From the NCBI GenBank assembly GCA_963716185.1, contig OY970295.1, positions 3,163,316 to 3,227,315 on the forward strand: a DNA stretch of 64,000 bases. Reading direction: 5' to 3'. The first letter of the stretch is position 1. Each line of letters opens with the position of its first letter. The translations under genes were made by a program, and so were the position numbers. Shown piece by piece: positions 29,627 through 39,137 of the stretch. The notes under the pieces were generated by a model. It worked only from the letters and a program-made list of their open reading frames with translations. It had not been told where the DNA came from and searched no databases. This DNA comes from Thermodesulfovibrionales bacterium. GTDB lineage: Bacteria; Nitrospirota; Thermodesulfovibrionia; Thermodesulfovibrionales; SM23-35.

Positions 29627-30967
29627 ATGGTTTTTAAGGTCCTGATAGCGGAGGACGAGGAGATAACACTGAAGCATCTCCTTTCTACGCTGCAACAAGA
29701 AGGGTATGAAGTATCAGGCGTCAGCGACGGCAGGAAAGCCCTTGAAAGTCTTGAAAAAGAGAATTTCGATGTTTTGATCGCTGACATAAAGATGCCCGGT
29801 CTTACCGGCATTGAACTCCTCGAACATATTAAAGACAAGGATCTCGAAACCGAGGTGATAATAATAACCGGCTATGGCAGCATTGATTCTGCTGTGGCCG
29901 CCATGAAAGAGGGGGCGTACGACTATATTACAAAACCCTTCGACCTCGACGAACTGCTTTTAAAGGTAAAAAAAATCTGGGAAGAGAAAAATCTCAAGAA
30001 AGAACTTGTTGCATTGAAAACGTCGATAGGAGCGAACAGAAGACTCTCCGGCATTGCAAAAAGCGAGAGTATGAAAAAGATTTTCGATATCGTCGAAAGT
30101 ATCAGCGATTCCGACTGCGATGTTCTTCTGACCGGAGAAAGCGGGGTCGGTAAAAGCCTTATAGCCAGACTGATCCATTCAAACAGTAAAAGGAAAGACA
30201 AACCTTTCCTCTCAATAAACTGCGCTACCTTTACCGAGAACCTCCTCAGCAGTGAATTGTTCGGTCACGAGAAAGGAGCATATACCGGCGCAATAAGCAA
30301 GAAGCAGGGTCTCCTCGAAATCGCGGATACAGGAACAATTTTTCTTGATGAGATCTCGGAGATATCAACGAATCTGCAGGCCAAATTGCTTCATGCGATA
30401 GAAGACGGTGAATTTTTCCGGGTGGGCGGTACGAAACCCGTCAAAGTTGATGTGAGATTTATTGCCGCCACCAACAGGAATATGAAAACCTTTATATCCG
30501 AGGGGAAGTTTAGAGAAGACCTTTATTACAGGTTGAATGTCATGGATATATATATCCCTCCGTTAAGAGAGCGCAGGGAGGATATCGAACCCCTTAGCAA
30601 ATATTTTCTGCAGAAGCTTCTTCCGAAATCCAGTAAAAAAATAACCGGATTTACAAAAGAGGCGATGGATATTCTAATGGGCTATAGTTTTCCGGGGAAT
30701 GTAAGGGAACTGGAAAATATCATCGAAAGGGCCATAATACTCGAAAAAAATTCACGGATAACACCGGAAAGTCTGCCTCAGAATTTGCAGCTGTTCCATG
30801 TCGAAACGCTTCTTCCCGGTCAGTTTAAATCCATAGATGAACTGAACAGAGAATATGCCGAAAAAGTAGTTGAAATGCTCGGCGGCAATAAGTCAAAGGC
30901 TGCTGAGCTTTTAGGCATATCGAGAACGAGCCTCTGGAGACTTCTTAAAGAAGACGAGCGTTCATGA
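29627..30967 (+). CDS. Sigma-54-dependent response regulator (NtrC family)
   Basis: REC, GESGVGKS, ELFGHEKGAYTGA, FPGNVRELEN, HTH. Confidence 0.95.
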   Translation: MVFKVLIAEDEEITLKHLLSTLQQEGYEVSGVSDGRKALESLEKENFDVLIADIKMPGLTGIELLEHIKDKDLETEVIIITGYGSIDSAVAAMKEGAYDYITKPFDLDELLLKVKKIWEEKNLKKELVALKTSIGANRRLSGIAKSESMKKIFDIVESISDSDCDVLLTGESGVGKSLIARLIHSNSKRKDKPFLSINCATFTENLLSSELFGHEKGAYTGAISKKQGLLEIADTGTIFLDEISEISTNLQAKLLHAIEDGEFFRVGGTKPVKVDVRFIAATNRNMKTFISEGKFREDLYYRLNVMDIYIPPLRERREDIEPLSKYFLQKLLPKSSKKITGFTKEAMDILMGYSFPGNVRELENIIERAIILEKNSRITPESLPQNLQLFHVETLLPGQFKSIDELNREYAEKVVEMLGGNKSKAAELLGISRTSLWRLLKEDERS

Positions 30968-31038
30968 GCGTTCAATTATGAAACAGTAGTTTCGCCCTCC
31001 TTTTTAAAAATATCCTGGTATTTCAATGAGTTATTCTC

Positions 31039-31054
31039 TGGCATCTTTGTTGCT
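31039..31054 (+). promoter_or_regulatory. Sigma-54 promoter (-24/-12)
   Basis: TGGCATCTTTGTTGCT, a consensus GG-N10-GC, 44 nt before the ATG at 31098. Confidence 0.75.
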
Positions 31055-31097
31055 CTATTATTCACTAAGAATAAAAAACTCAGGAGAGAAAACAAAG

Positions 31098-31592
31098 ATG
31101 AAAAAGAAACTTTTATTTGTCACTTATTTTGATGAACACCCGGATGCAGGCCTTTCTTATGTCATAGAACTCGCAAAGGTGATGAAGGAAGATCTGACGA
31201 TTTTTCTGCTCAGAAAAAAGATGCTTTCCAGAAAATTTGATGACCTCATGACTGCGGTCACTTTTGCTGAAGCGGGTGAACAGGAAACGGCGAGGCAGGC
31301 AATTGCATACGCCCCAAAAAGAGCCGATGAGAAGACCGACAAGAAAATCGACGGCCTTTTGGAGAAGTGCGAGGAATCGGGTATTAAAGTCGACATTTAT
31401 TCTTCGAAAGCGGATGCCGTTTCCACGATAGAAAATTATTTTAAGCACAGGAACGGGATTGACATAGTGCTGTTGGGTCCGAATGTTACTGATTATTGTA
31501 ATTTCAGCGGAAGAACACTGAAAAGACTTTCAGACATAGTTGCAAGGCCTATAGTGACTATAGCCAAACAGACGTCAACCGTATCTGTCTAA
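31098..31592 (+). CDS. Hypothetical protein with internal FAEAGE motif, USP-like fold
   Basis: RBS AGGAG, MKKKLLFVT..FDDLMTAVTFAEAGEQETARQ..RPIVTI. Start chosen downstream of the sigma-54 site. Confidence 0.8.
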   Translation: MKKKLLFVTYFDEHPDAGLSYVIELAKVMKEDLTIFLLRKKMLSRKFDDLMTAVTFAEAGEQETARQAIAYAPKRADEKTDKKIDGLLEKCEESGIKVDIYSSKADAVSTIENYFKHRNGIDIVLLGPNVTDYCNFSGRTLKRLSDIVARPIVTIAKQTSTVSV

Positions 31593-31604
31593 GAAAGGGG
31601 GGGT

Positions 31605-32522
31605 ATGTATCTTTACTTGCCAGTGGCTTTAACCAGTATCAACATCTTGATTCCTGTCGGACTCGGCCTCGTTGTCGGACTTCTCTCGGGTCTCTTCGGG
31701 GTTGGAGGCGGTTTTTTAATGACACCGCTCTTGATAATGTTCGGCATCCCGTCTACCGTTGCTGCAGCAACAGACTCCAATCAGATCGTCGCAGCTTCTG
31801 TTTCCGGCACCTATGCGCACTGGAGGGTCGGCAACGTTGATTTTAAGATGGGCTTGTACCTGCTGATAGGGGGTTTTCTCGGAGGACTTGTGGGCGTTGA
31901 GTTTATTAAGGTTCTCAGGGCAATGGGGAACGCCGATTTTGTAATCAAGATAACTTATGTGCTGATGCTCGGCGTGGTCGGAAGTTATATGTTTATCGAA
32001 AGCTTACAGAGTATGAGGAAAAAGAAATCCGAGGAGACAAAGCAGGAAAAAGAGTCTAAAGTGGCAAAATTTCTCAGGTCCCTGCCTATGCAGACACGTT
32101 TCGAAAAGTCGGGGGTTACCCATTCCGCTATAGTACCTGTTTTTCTGGGAGCTTTGGTGGGAATACTCGCCGCAATTATGGGCGTTGGCGGCGGCTTCCT
32201 GATGGTGCCCGTGATGTTCTACATCTTAAGAATGCCTATGCACGTTATTGTTGGAACAAGCCTTTTCCAGATCCTTTTTACCTGTGTTGAGGTTACATTC
32301 CTTCAATCCTATGCAAATCACACAGTCGATTTTATTCTCGCTGTCCTTTTGTTACTGGGGTCGACCGTCGGTGCCCAGATCGGCGCTATCTTCGGCCGCA
32401 AATTAAAGGGGGACCAGCTCAAGATATTCCTTGCTGTAATTGTTCTGGTCGTGACCGTGAAGATAGTTTTTGAGCTGACTTTAAGTCCGTCAGTACTTTT
32501 ATCACAAGCAGGAGGTCACTAA
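31605..32522 (+). CDS. Sulfite exporter TauE/SafE family protein
   Basis: MYLYLP..GLLSGLFGVGGGFLMTP and AIMGVGGGFLMVP. Confidence 0.92.
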   Translation: MYLYLPVALTSINILIPVGLGLVVGLLSGLFGVGGGFLMTPLLIMFGIPSTVAAATDSNQIVAASVSGTYAHWRVGNVDFKMGLYLLIGGFLGGLVGVEFIKVLRAMGNADFVIKITYVLMLGVVGSYMFIESLQSMRKKKSEETKQEKESKVAKFLRSLPMQTRFEKSGVTHSAIVPVFLGALVGILAAIMGVGGGFLMVPVMFYILRMPMHVIVGTSLFQILFTCVEVTFLQSYANHTVDFILAVLLLLGSTVGAQIGAIFGRKLKGDQLKIFLAVIVLVVTVKIVFELTLSPSVLLSQAGGH

Positions 32523-33313
32523 TGAGACATCAGAGTTCAATAATGAAAGCCGCAGTCATTCTTCATATGCTGGTCATATTTTTGTTGTTTTTTGCCATAG
32601 GCATTGCATCTGCAAAATTGACGGTAAAGGCTAACCATGACCATATAAAAATAGACTTTTTCTATCACGGGGGTACCGTCAGTCTGAAAGGCATTTCAGA
32701 CCCTGATACGGATATCATCCTCAAGTTGACATCCGCGGAAGGGCATCAGACCCTGCGCAAGAAAGGGAAAGTCGGCGGTTTCTTATGGATGAATGTAGGT
32801 GAACTACGGGTCGAACGCGCCCCCAATGTCTATTTCATAAACAGCACTAAAAATATTGAAGATATATTAACCAGGGACGAGATGGATAAATATGTCATCG
32901 GGTATCCTGCCCTGGAAAAACATGTATCAATGAACACGTCGGGTGACGAAGAGAAGGACAGGTGGTTTAGGGAATTCGTGAAGTTCAGGGAATCTTCAAA
33001 CCTATATACCACGACTACAGGGAAAATATCTCTTGCGGAAAAAGACGGAGTGCAGGATTATTATATATTGACACATTGGCCGTTCCAGACCCCTCCGGGA
33101 AATTATACGGTAACCGCATATGCAGTTAAGGATAGAAAAGTGGTCGAGACCGCGACGGCGGATGTATCTGTGGAACAGGCTGGCCTGGTGAAATCGTTTG
33201 CCGACATGGCAAAAAATAATGCGGCCGTGTATGGAATCGTATCAATTCTTGTTGCACTCAGCGCCGGTTTCGGTGTCGGACTTGTTTTCAGAAAGAGTGG
33301 GGGGGCACATTAG
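32522..33313 (+). CDS. TIGR02186-like membrane-anchored periplasmic protein (usual TauE partner)
   Basis: IKIDFFYHG, RKKGKVGGFLWMN, C-terminal TM (YGIVSILVAL). Coupled to the TauE gene. Confidence 0.75.
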   Translation: MRHQSSIMKAAVILHMLVIFLLFFAIGIASAKLTVKANHDHIKIDFFYHGGTVSLKGISDPDTDIILKLTSAEGHQTLRKKGKVGGFLWMNVGELRVERAPNVYFINSTKNIEDILTRDEMDKYVIGYPALEKHVSMNTSGDEEKDRWFREFVKFRESSNLYTTTTGKISLAEKDGVQDYYILTHWPFQTPPGNYTVTAYAVKDRKVVETATADVSVEQAGLVKSFADMAKNNAAVYGIVSILVALSAGFGVGLVFRKSGGAH

Positions 33314-33314
33314 G

Positions 33315-34178
33315 ATGTACGACAATATAGTAGTAGCCTACGATGATTCTGAGTTTAGTAAGGCCGCTCTCTTAGAGTCTTCCTGCTGGATAAAGAGGCA
33401 CGGCGGTAAGGCCGTACTGGTGCATTCCGTATTCTTTGATGAAGAAGAGTTCGTTATTGATCCGGGCCAGAGGGAAAAACGTTTCGAATTAGGCAAGAGG
33501 GCGTGCTATCAAATGCAGGAGAAGGTGTCGGCAGAGCTGGGTCTGAACGGAAGCCTGGAAGCGCTGGTCTGTGAAGGCGAACCCCATGATGTCCTGGTGG
33601 ACATTGCAACCGCAAGACATGCGGACCTTATCGCCATAGGCACTCATGGAAGAAAGGGTTTAAAGAAGCTGTTCCTGGGCAGTGTCACTTCAAGAGTTAT
33701 TATAAGCTCTCCATGTGATGTTTTAGTTGTCAAGAACCCTACCGGGAAATGCACAGGAATTTATGACTCCGTCCTGCTTTCATTTGACGGGTCCGATTTT
33801 AGTAGGAAAGCGCTTGAGCAGGCATGCGAACTTTCGAGGATAGACGGATCGCAGATAACCGCTGTCTACGTGATACCGAGATATGAAGAGATGATAGAAT
33901 TTTTTGCGACAAGTTTCATAAAAGAAAATCTGCAGCATGATGCGGAGAAAATTATAGAGAAGGCTAAAGCGATAGCAATGGATCACGGTGTAAAAATAAA
34001 TACCGAAATAGCGGAAGGAGATGAAGCGGAAAAGATAATAGAGACGGCGAATAGACTGAAGAACGATCTCATTATCAGGGGAACTCATGGATGGACGGGT
34101 TTTAATAAGGCGATTATAGGGAGTGTTGCAGAAAGAGTTTTTATCAATGCTCCCTGTCCTGTATTGGTAGTGAAATGA
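33315..34178 (+). CDS. Universal stress protein (tandem USP domains)
   Basis: IVVAYDDS..GTHGRKG..LGSVT and second GTHGWTG..IGSVA..CPVLVV. Confidence 0.92.
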   Translation: MYDNIVVAYDDSEFSKAALLESSCWIKRHGGKAVLVHSVFFDEEEFVIDPGQREKRFELGKRACYQMQEKVSAELGLNGSLEALVCEGEPHDVLVDIATARHADLIAIGTHGRKGLKKLFLGSVTSRVIISSPCDVLVVKNPTGKCTGIYDSVLLSFDGSDFSRKALEQACELSRIDGSQITAVYVIPRYEEMIEFFATSFIKENLQHDAEKIIEKAKAIAMDHGVKINTEIAEGDEAEKIIETANRLKNDLIIRGTHGWTGFNKAIIGSVAERVFINAPCPVLVVK

Positions 34179-34192
34179 AAGGAGGAAAAAGC

Positions 34193-34714
34193 ATGAACGA
34201 TTACAGAAAAGTTCTTATTGCCGTGAACGGGTCCAAGGATGTCCTTGTTCAGGGTCTGAAACTCTTGGGTTCCGAAAAATGTTCGGTGACCGTTGTTAAG
34301 GTTACTCCGCCATATGAAGGGGACCTCAGTCTCGTCGGTGTAAAGGATATCGAACACGTATTGGCCGGGTTTTCAGAAAGAGATATTTCCGAAATAAAAG
34401 ATATCGCAGAATCCAAGGGCATTTCTGTGAAGGTGCGGATTGAAGAAGGTGAGATCGACAAAAGGATAGTCGATGTGGCGGAAGAGGAACATAGTGACCT
34501 GATCATAATGGGAGCGAGCAGCCAGAATGGCATTAAAAAACTCTTTTTCGGCAATCTGCTGGATGACGTCACACGCCAGGCCCCTTGTCCCGTGCTTGTT
34601 GTGAATACCGACAAGGTGTCGTGTCCAAGTAATTTCTACGACCTGCGGGTGTACCGTGAAAATAGAGAACGGGAACGACAGGGAGTCGCAGCTCTAAAAC
34701 CCAGGTTTTACTAA
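34193..34714 (+). CDS. Universal stress protein
   Basis: RBS AAGGAGG, VLIAVNGS..LIIMG..FFGN..APCPVLVV. Confidence 0.88.
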   Translation: MNDYRKVLIAVNGSKDVLVQGLKLLGSEKCSVTVVKVTPPYEGDLSLVGVKDIEHVLAGFSERDISEIKDIAESKGISVKVRIEEGEIDKRIVDVAEEEHSDLIIMGASSQNGIKKLFFGNLLDDVTRQAPCPVLVVNTDKVSCPSNFYDLRVYRENRERERQGVAALKPRFY

Positions 34715-34944
34715 AATTCCTTGCAAATATTACAGCATGCGGTCTCTGCCGCATGCTCCTGCCCAGTCAAATCAAAGCGACCCGGAGAGTGAACGGGTTG
34801 CCGTGCCGCAGTAAAAAAGCACTTTGAAATTTTTATGCTTTGAGTGGGAAGGTCAAAAATCCTGGCCGCCGTTTGATGCATTGACTCACATATCGCAAAT
34901 CATTTAGACTTTAATTTTGGCTTGCTATAGAAAGGTGAGAAATC

Positions 34945-36435
34945 ATGACTGATGAGACGACTGACGGCAATTCTCCTGATGCTGAAAATGCAGAAGTGAA
35001 GCGAGACCGGGAAGAAAACTTCGCTGAAATGCTCGACAAAAGCAGTATGGGCGGAAGACTTTATCCCGGGCAGAAGGTCAGGGCAAAGGTCGTAAGCATA
35101 TCGGGAGACCTTGTGTACATTGATCTCGGGGGAAAAAGTGAAGGTGTGGTGGATCTGGCGGAATTCATGAATAAGGAGGGAATAATCGGTGTCAGGGAAG
35201 GCGAAGAGATAGAGGCATTTTTTGTGACCGTCGAGGACGGTTTAATGAAACTGACAACCCTCATAGCCGGCTATCCGGCCGCGACGTTGAATTCCATCAG
35301 CGATGCATTCGAAGCCGGGGTGCCCGTGAACGGCGAAGTAAAAAGAGAGATCAAGGGCGGTTTTGAGGTGTCGGTCGGCGGGGTCAGGTGCTTCTGCCCT
35401 TTTTCGCAGATCGACCTGAAGGGCGGACGCGAAGGCGGCGTCTATCTCGGCAGGACTTTCCCTTTCATGATACTGGAATATGGGGAAGACGGCAAAAAAA
35501 TAGTCCTCTCCAGAAGGACGCTCCTCGAAAAGGAGAAACAGGCAAAGATCGAGAAACTCAAAGAGAGCCTCTCTGCGGGTATGGATATAACCGTCGAAGT
35601 CAAATCAATACAGAAATTCGGGGCCTTTGTGGACCTGGGGGGAATCGACGGTCTGATACCCGTGAGCGAGATATCATGGGACAGGAGTCTGAACCCCGGT
35701 GATGTGCTATCCATCGGACAGAACGTAGTAGCAAAGATCATCTCTTTAGACTGGGAGAAGAACCGTATTGCGCTGAGTTTAAAGGCGATACAGCCCGACC
35801 CGTGGACCTCGGCCGCAGAAAAATATCCGGCAGGCAGCAGAGTGAGCGGCTCCATCGTCCGGCTTGCCTCCTTCGGCGCATTTGTAAGGCTTGAACCGGG
35901 GATCGAGGGTCTGATCCACATCTCCAATCTCGGTGCGGGCAGGAGGATCAACCATCCCAGGGAAGTTGTCGAGACAGGGCAATGGGTGGAGGTCTATGTC
36001 CTGTCAGTGGACCGGCAGGACAGGAAGATATCACTCTCCATGCAGCCAAAGGTCGAGCCTGCAAAGATTGTGCTTCCGGGTGTTGGAGAAATCCTCGAAG
36101 GTACTGTTGAAAGGGTGATGCCGTACGGGATTTTTGTGAAGTTGAACAGCGGGCTGACAGGGCTGGTCCCCGGCGCGGAGATGGGAACGCCGTCAGGCAC
36201 AGACCACAGGCGCATGTTCCCTCCAGGCTCGGAGATGCAAGTTGCCGTGATTGATGTGGACATTGCGAACAAAAAAGTCCGCCTCAGCCGCAAAGCAGTC
36301 CTCGAAAAGGCGGCGAAGGATGAGTTCAACGAATACAGGGAATCGGTAAAAACATCCTCCGAATCATCCGGAGGACTCGGGAATCTTGGAAAAATACTCA
36401 AGTCCAAGCTGGAAGAAAAGAAAAACCGGGGTTGA
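34945..36435 (+). CDS. rpsA: 30S ribosomal protein S1 or S1 paralog (five S1 repeats)
   Basis: Repeated FGAFVDLGGIDGLIPVSEISW and FGAFVRLEPGIEGLIHISNL. Confidence 0.8.
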   Translation: MTDETTDGNSPDAENAEVKRDREENFAEMLDKSSMGGRLYPGQKVRAKVVSISGDLVYIDLGGKSEGVVDLAEFMNKEGIIGVREGEEIEAFFVTVEDGLMKLTTLIAGYPAATLNSISDAFEAGVPVNGEVKREIKGGFEVSVGGVRCFCPFSQIDLKGGREGGVYLGRTFPFMILEYGEDGKKIVLSRRTLLEKEKQAKIEKLKESLSAGMDITVEVKSIQKFGAFVDLGGIDGLIPVSEISWDRSLNPGDVLSIGQNVVAKIISLDWEKNRIALSLKAIQPDPWTSAAEKYPAGSRVSGSIVRLASFGAFVRLEPGIEGLIHISNLGAGRRINHPREVVETGQWVEVYVLSVDRQDRKISLSMQPKVEPAKIVLPGVGEILEGTVERVMPYGIFVKLNSGLTGLVPGAEMGTPSGTDHRRMFPPGSEMQVAVIDVDIANKKVRLSRKAVLEKAAKDEFNEYRESVKTSSESSGGLGNLGKILKSKLEEKKNRG

Positions 36436-36494
36436 TCAGTATAAATCTTCACAGAATTTAAAGCCGCTCAAAGACCCGTCCGCCGTCGCTGTGC

Positions 36495-37151
36495 CTACTT
36501 TTTCGGATATCCTACTGACTGGGCCAGAATTACTTTCTGCTCCGGCCGGAGCCTCATCAACTTTGCCAATGCGTCCCTGTCGATCGAACCGCGCACAACA
36601 GCCGCCAGGCCCTCGGAAGCGCAATACAGATAGACATTCTCGCCGATGAAACCGGTGTCTGCGGCCGAATAAATATCCTCGTCTTCCTTTGTAGCAGTTC
36701 CCATTCTTGAGTAATCCGCCACATAAATGAGGTTGACAGGCGCATCCTTTACGAACTCCTGACGACCTGTCATGGCCCGGATGTCTCCCGGCAGAATAGG
36801 GTCCAGCACATGCGCCCTCGCGTTATACAAGTAAAGGCCTTCAGGGGCGGCCACGTAGATTTCGATCTCCTGCCAATTCATCGCTGAAGGCGCGGTGCGC
36901 TTCCCGCTATCCTGCCGGTTTACTCCGAACGCGGCCCAAAGAAGATTCGAAAGTACCTGGAGAGGCAGTTTTTCTTTACTGAACGAGCGGGAAGAACTCC
37001 TGTCCTTTAATGCCTGCATCAGAGGCCTGCCCTGCTCGACCTGCGGCTTCAAAAGCTGGACAGGCTTTAGCTCCCCTGCAAAGGTCAAAGTGGCCCAAAC
37101 AGGCAGGCCGGCCAATATCAGGGCAGCGGATATAAATAATGTTCTGTTCAT
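36495..37151 (-). CDS. SagB/ThcOx-like nitroreductase family protein
   Basis: RSSSRSF..LSNLLWAA.G..RTAPSA.N..ENVYLYC..VGYP. Confidence 0.85.
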   Translation of the reverse strand: MNRTLFISAALILAGLPVWATLTFAGELKPVQLLKPQVEQGRPLMQALKDRSSSRSFSKEKLPLQVLSNLLWAAFGVNRQDSGKRTAPSAMNWQEIEIYVAAPEGLYLYNARAHVLDPILPGDIRAMTGRQEFVKDAPVNLIYVADYSRMGTATKEDEDIYSAADTGFIGENVYLYCASEGLAAVVRGSIDRDALAKLMRLRPEQKVILAQSVGYPKK

Positions 37152-37738
37152 AATAGTCCTTTCTCGTTGATAAATTTTATGACCGTTCTGACCGAATCTT
37201 CCAACGTCATTTTTTCCGTGTCGATAACTAAATCCGGCGTTTCCGGCGCTTCATAAGGCGCGGAAATACCCGTGTAATTTTTTATGGTACCCGCTCTTGC
37301 TTTTTTATACTGGCCTTTAGGGTCACGCTTTTCGCACTCTTCTATAGAGCACTTTACATAAATCTGCAGGAAATTATCGTTCTCAAAGCGTTTCCTGATA
37401 TACTCTCTATCCTCCCCGGAAGGAGATATGAAGGCGGCAAGAACCAATATGCCTGCGTCTATAAGTAGTTTTGAAAGTTCGACTATTCTGCGAATGTTTT
37501 CCTTCCTGTCCTCATTGCTGAAGCCAAGATCACTGCTCAATCCGTGGCGTATATTATCACCGTCAAGGACATAGGTACTGATGGAGCGCTCGAATAATTC
37601 CTTTTCAACATTGTGTGCAATAGTTGATTTACCGGAGGCGGACATCCCGGTAAACCATACGAGTCCGCTTTTGTGCTTATTAAGGCGATTTCTATCATGC
37701 CTGCTTACAGACGCTTTATGGAAAATTACGTGATTCAT
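37148..37738 (-). CDS. cysC: Adenylyl-sulfate kinase
   Basis: WFTGMSASGKST, LDGDNIRHGL..DLGFS..R.ENIRR, RDPKG.Y, TGISAPYE. Confidence 0.95.
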   Translation of the reverse strand: MNHVIFHKASVSRHDRNRLNKHKSGLVWFTGMSASGKSTIAHNVEKELFERSISTYVLDGDNIRHGLSSDLGFSNEDRKENIRRIVELSKLLIDAGILVLAAFISPSGEDREYIRKRFENDNFLQIYVKCSIEECEKRDPKGQYKKARAGTIKNYTGISAPYEAPETPDLVIDTEKMTLEDSVRTVIKFINEKGLL

Positions 37739-37946
37739 TCATCCAGGCCGTTAGAACATCAAATCCCTTCCCTTTTTTAGTCAGATAGGGCTGCCTCATC
37801 GTACAATAACATCATGTTGATTAATTATTTCCAATTGGCAAGAATTAGTCAATTATTAAGAGCATAAAACTTGTAACTTGTCTTAACCTAGTCCGAAATG
37901 CCTGACCGTATCAATTATCTGTAATACCCGTTCAGAGCAGCTAAAT

Positions 37947-38553
37947 ATGGAGGATTCCAAAGATCCTGTAGCCTACCAATTTAAGGTCACCTTACTCCAT
38001 GTTAGTCCTTTGATCTGGCGCCGCATCTTGGTCAAAAGCAACACCACGATAGCAGATTTTCACTATATTCTTCAAACAGTTATGGGATGATGACCACCTC
38101 CATCAGTTTATCATTTATTGCAAACCCTACGGAATTGCATACCCGGGAGGAATGTCTTTTTCAGACGACCCACGAAAGATTAAACTTTCTGATTTTTCTT
38201 TTCGGCCAAACGAACGGTTCATTTATGAATATGACTTTACCGGTAACTGGCAATATCAAATCAGATTGGAAGAAGTCCGTCCGTTAGATCCCTGGCAATT
38301 TTATTCCACCTGTGTTGCCGGTAAACAATTAGCCCTGCCAGAGGACATCGGGGGACCTTGGGGTTTTATGAAGGCTCGAGATCATTACTGCAAATGGTAT
38401 ATCCTTAGCCGTTTCGCAGACATTCTCAAAAAGAATGCTTCTCGAAAGTATAGAGAGGAATTTGAAATGCTTTCGTATTGGTCACTCGTTGATTCCATGA
38501 GCCGTAAGGGAATTAATGATAATCTAAAGGATCTTTTCATCCAAAGGAATTAG
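37947..38553 (+). pseudogene. pRiA4b ORF-3 family protein, frameshifted (IS passenger)
   Basis: YQFKVTL..PLIWRRILV..FHYILQTVMG, then a frameshift at ~38085, DDHLHQF..YEYDFTGNW..PEDIGGPWG. Confidence 0.8.
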
Positions 38554-38580
38554 AAGATCATAAAACGGTAGGATGGCCTC

Positions 38581-38859
38581 ATGAAGATCAAGGTTCAGGT
38601 GGTCGTAGAATCAGAAGGCGAGGAACGTGAATTGCTTAAGACGATATCTCATTTTGAGCGGGGATCTCTTCGCCCGGAGGAACTTGGCCTGACACTCAAA
38701 AGAAGCCAAAGACCTCTTGAAAGGGATTCAACAGGTAATGGTTGAAACACAAAGCGAGGAAAGAATATCTTGAACAACAATGTCTGTGTCATTCATGCAG
38801 GGGAAAACGAAAAAGTAAGGGATCCCACTCCGTTGTATTTCGATCGTTGGTTGGAAAGC
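38581..38859 (+). pseudogene. ISKra4-family transposase N-terminal remnant
   Basis: MKIKVQVVVES..EELGLTL / EAKDLL / CHSC..KGSH..FRSLVGK across two frameshifts, cut by an IS630 end at 38860. Confidence 0.65.
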
Positions 38860-39137
38860 CTAGTGTCATGTCAATCTTGATATGTCGCATTATAGGTGAT
38901 ATAAGGTAAGATTGGATATGAAGAAATACATCGTGACGCTTACCGAAGATGAGTGTAAAATGCTTGACGAACTTACTTCCAAGGGTAAGCACAAATCACA
39001 GAAAATTCTGGCCGCTCTGACTCTGCTTGGGTGTGATGAGGGAGAGTTCCAGAAAAAACGTTCAACTAATGAAGAAATAGCTTGCATACTGAACACAAGC
39101 ATGAGAAAAATTGACCGTGTCAAGAAGCGATTTGTCG
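38860..39137 (+). mobile_element. IS630-family left end and truncated transposase HTH fragment
   Basis: CTAGTGTCATGTCAA end, ORF from 38918 MKKYIVTLTEDE..EIA..RVKKRFV. Confidence 0.75.

Noticed and set aside
34738-34802. Hairpins after the last USP gene as a riboswitch or ncRNA
   Set aside because: AGCATGCGG/CCGCATGCT is a simple stem with no recognisable aptamer motif. Most likely a transcript-end structure.
34945-36435. Short five-repeat S1 outside a cmk operon as a novelty
   Set aside because: S1 length variants and paralogs are common. Nothing else unusual was seen.
38082-38093. TGA TGA after TVMG as possible Sec or Trp recoding
   Set aside because: The homologous sequence (DDHLHQF) continues in a different frame. 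A short slippage deletion in ATGGG repeats explains it, and other genes here use TGA as stop.
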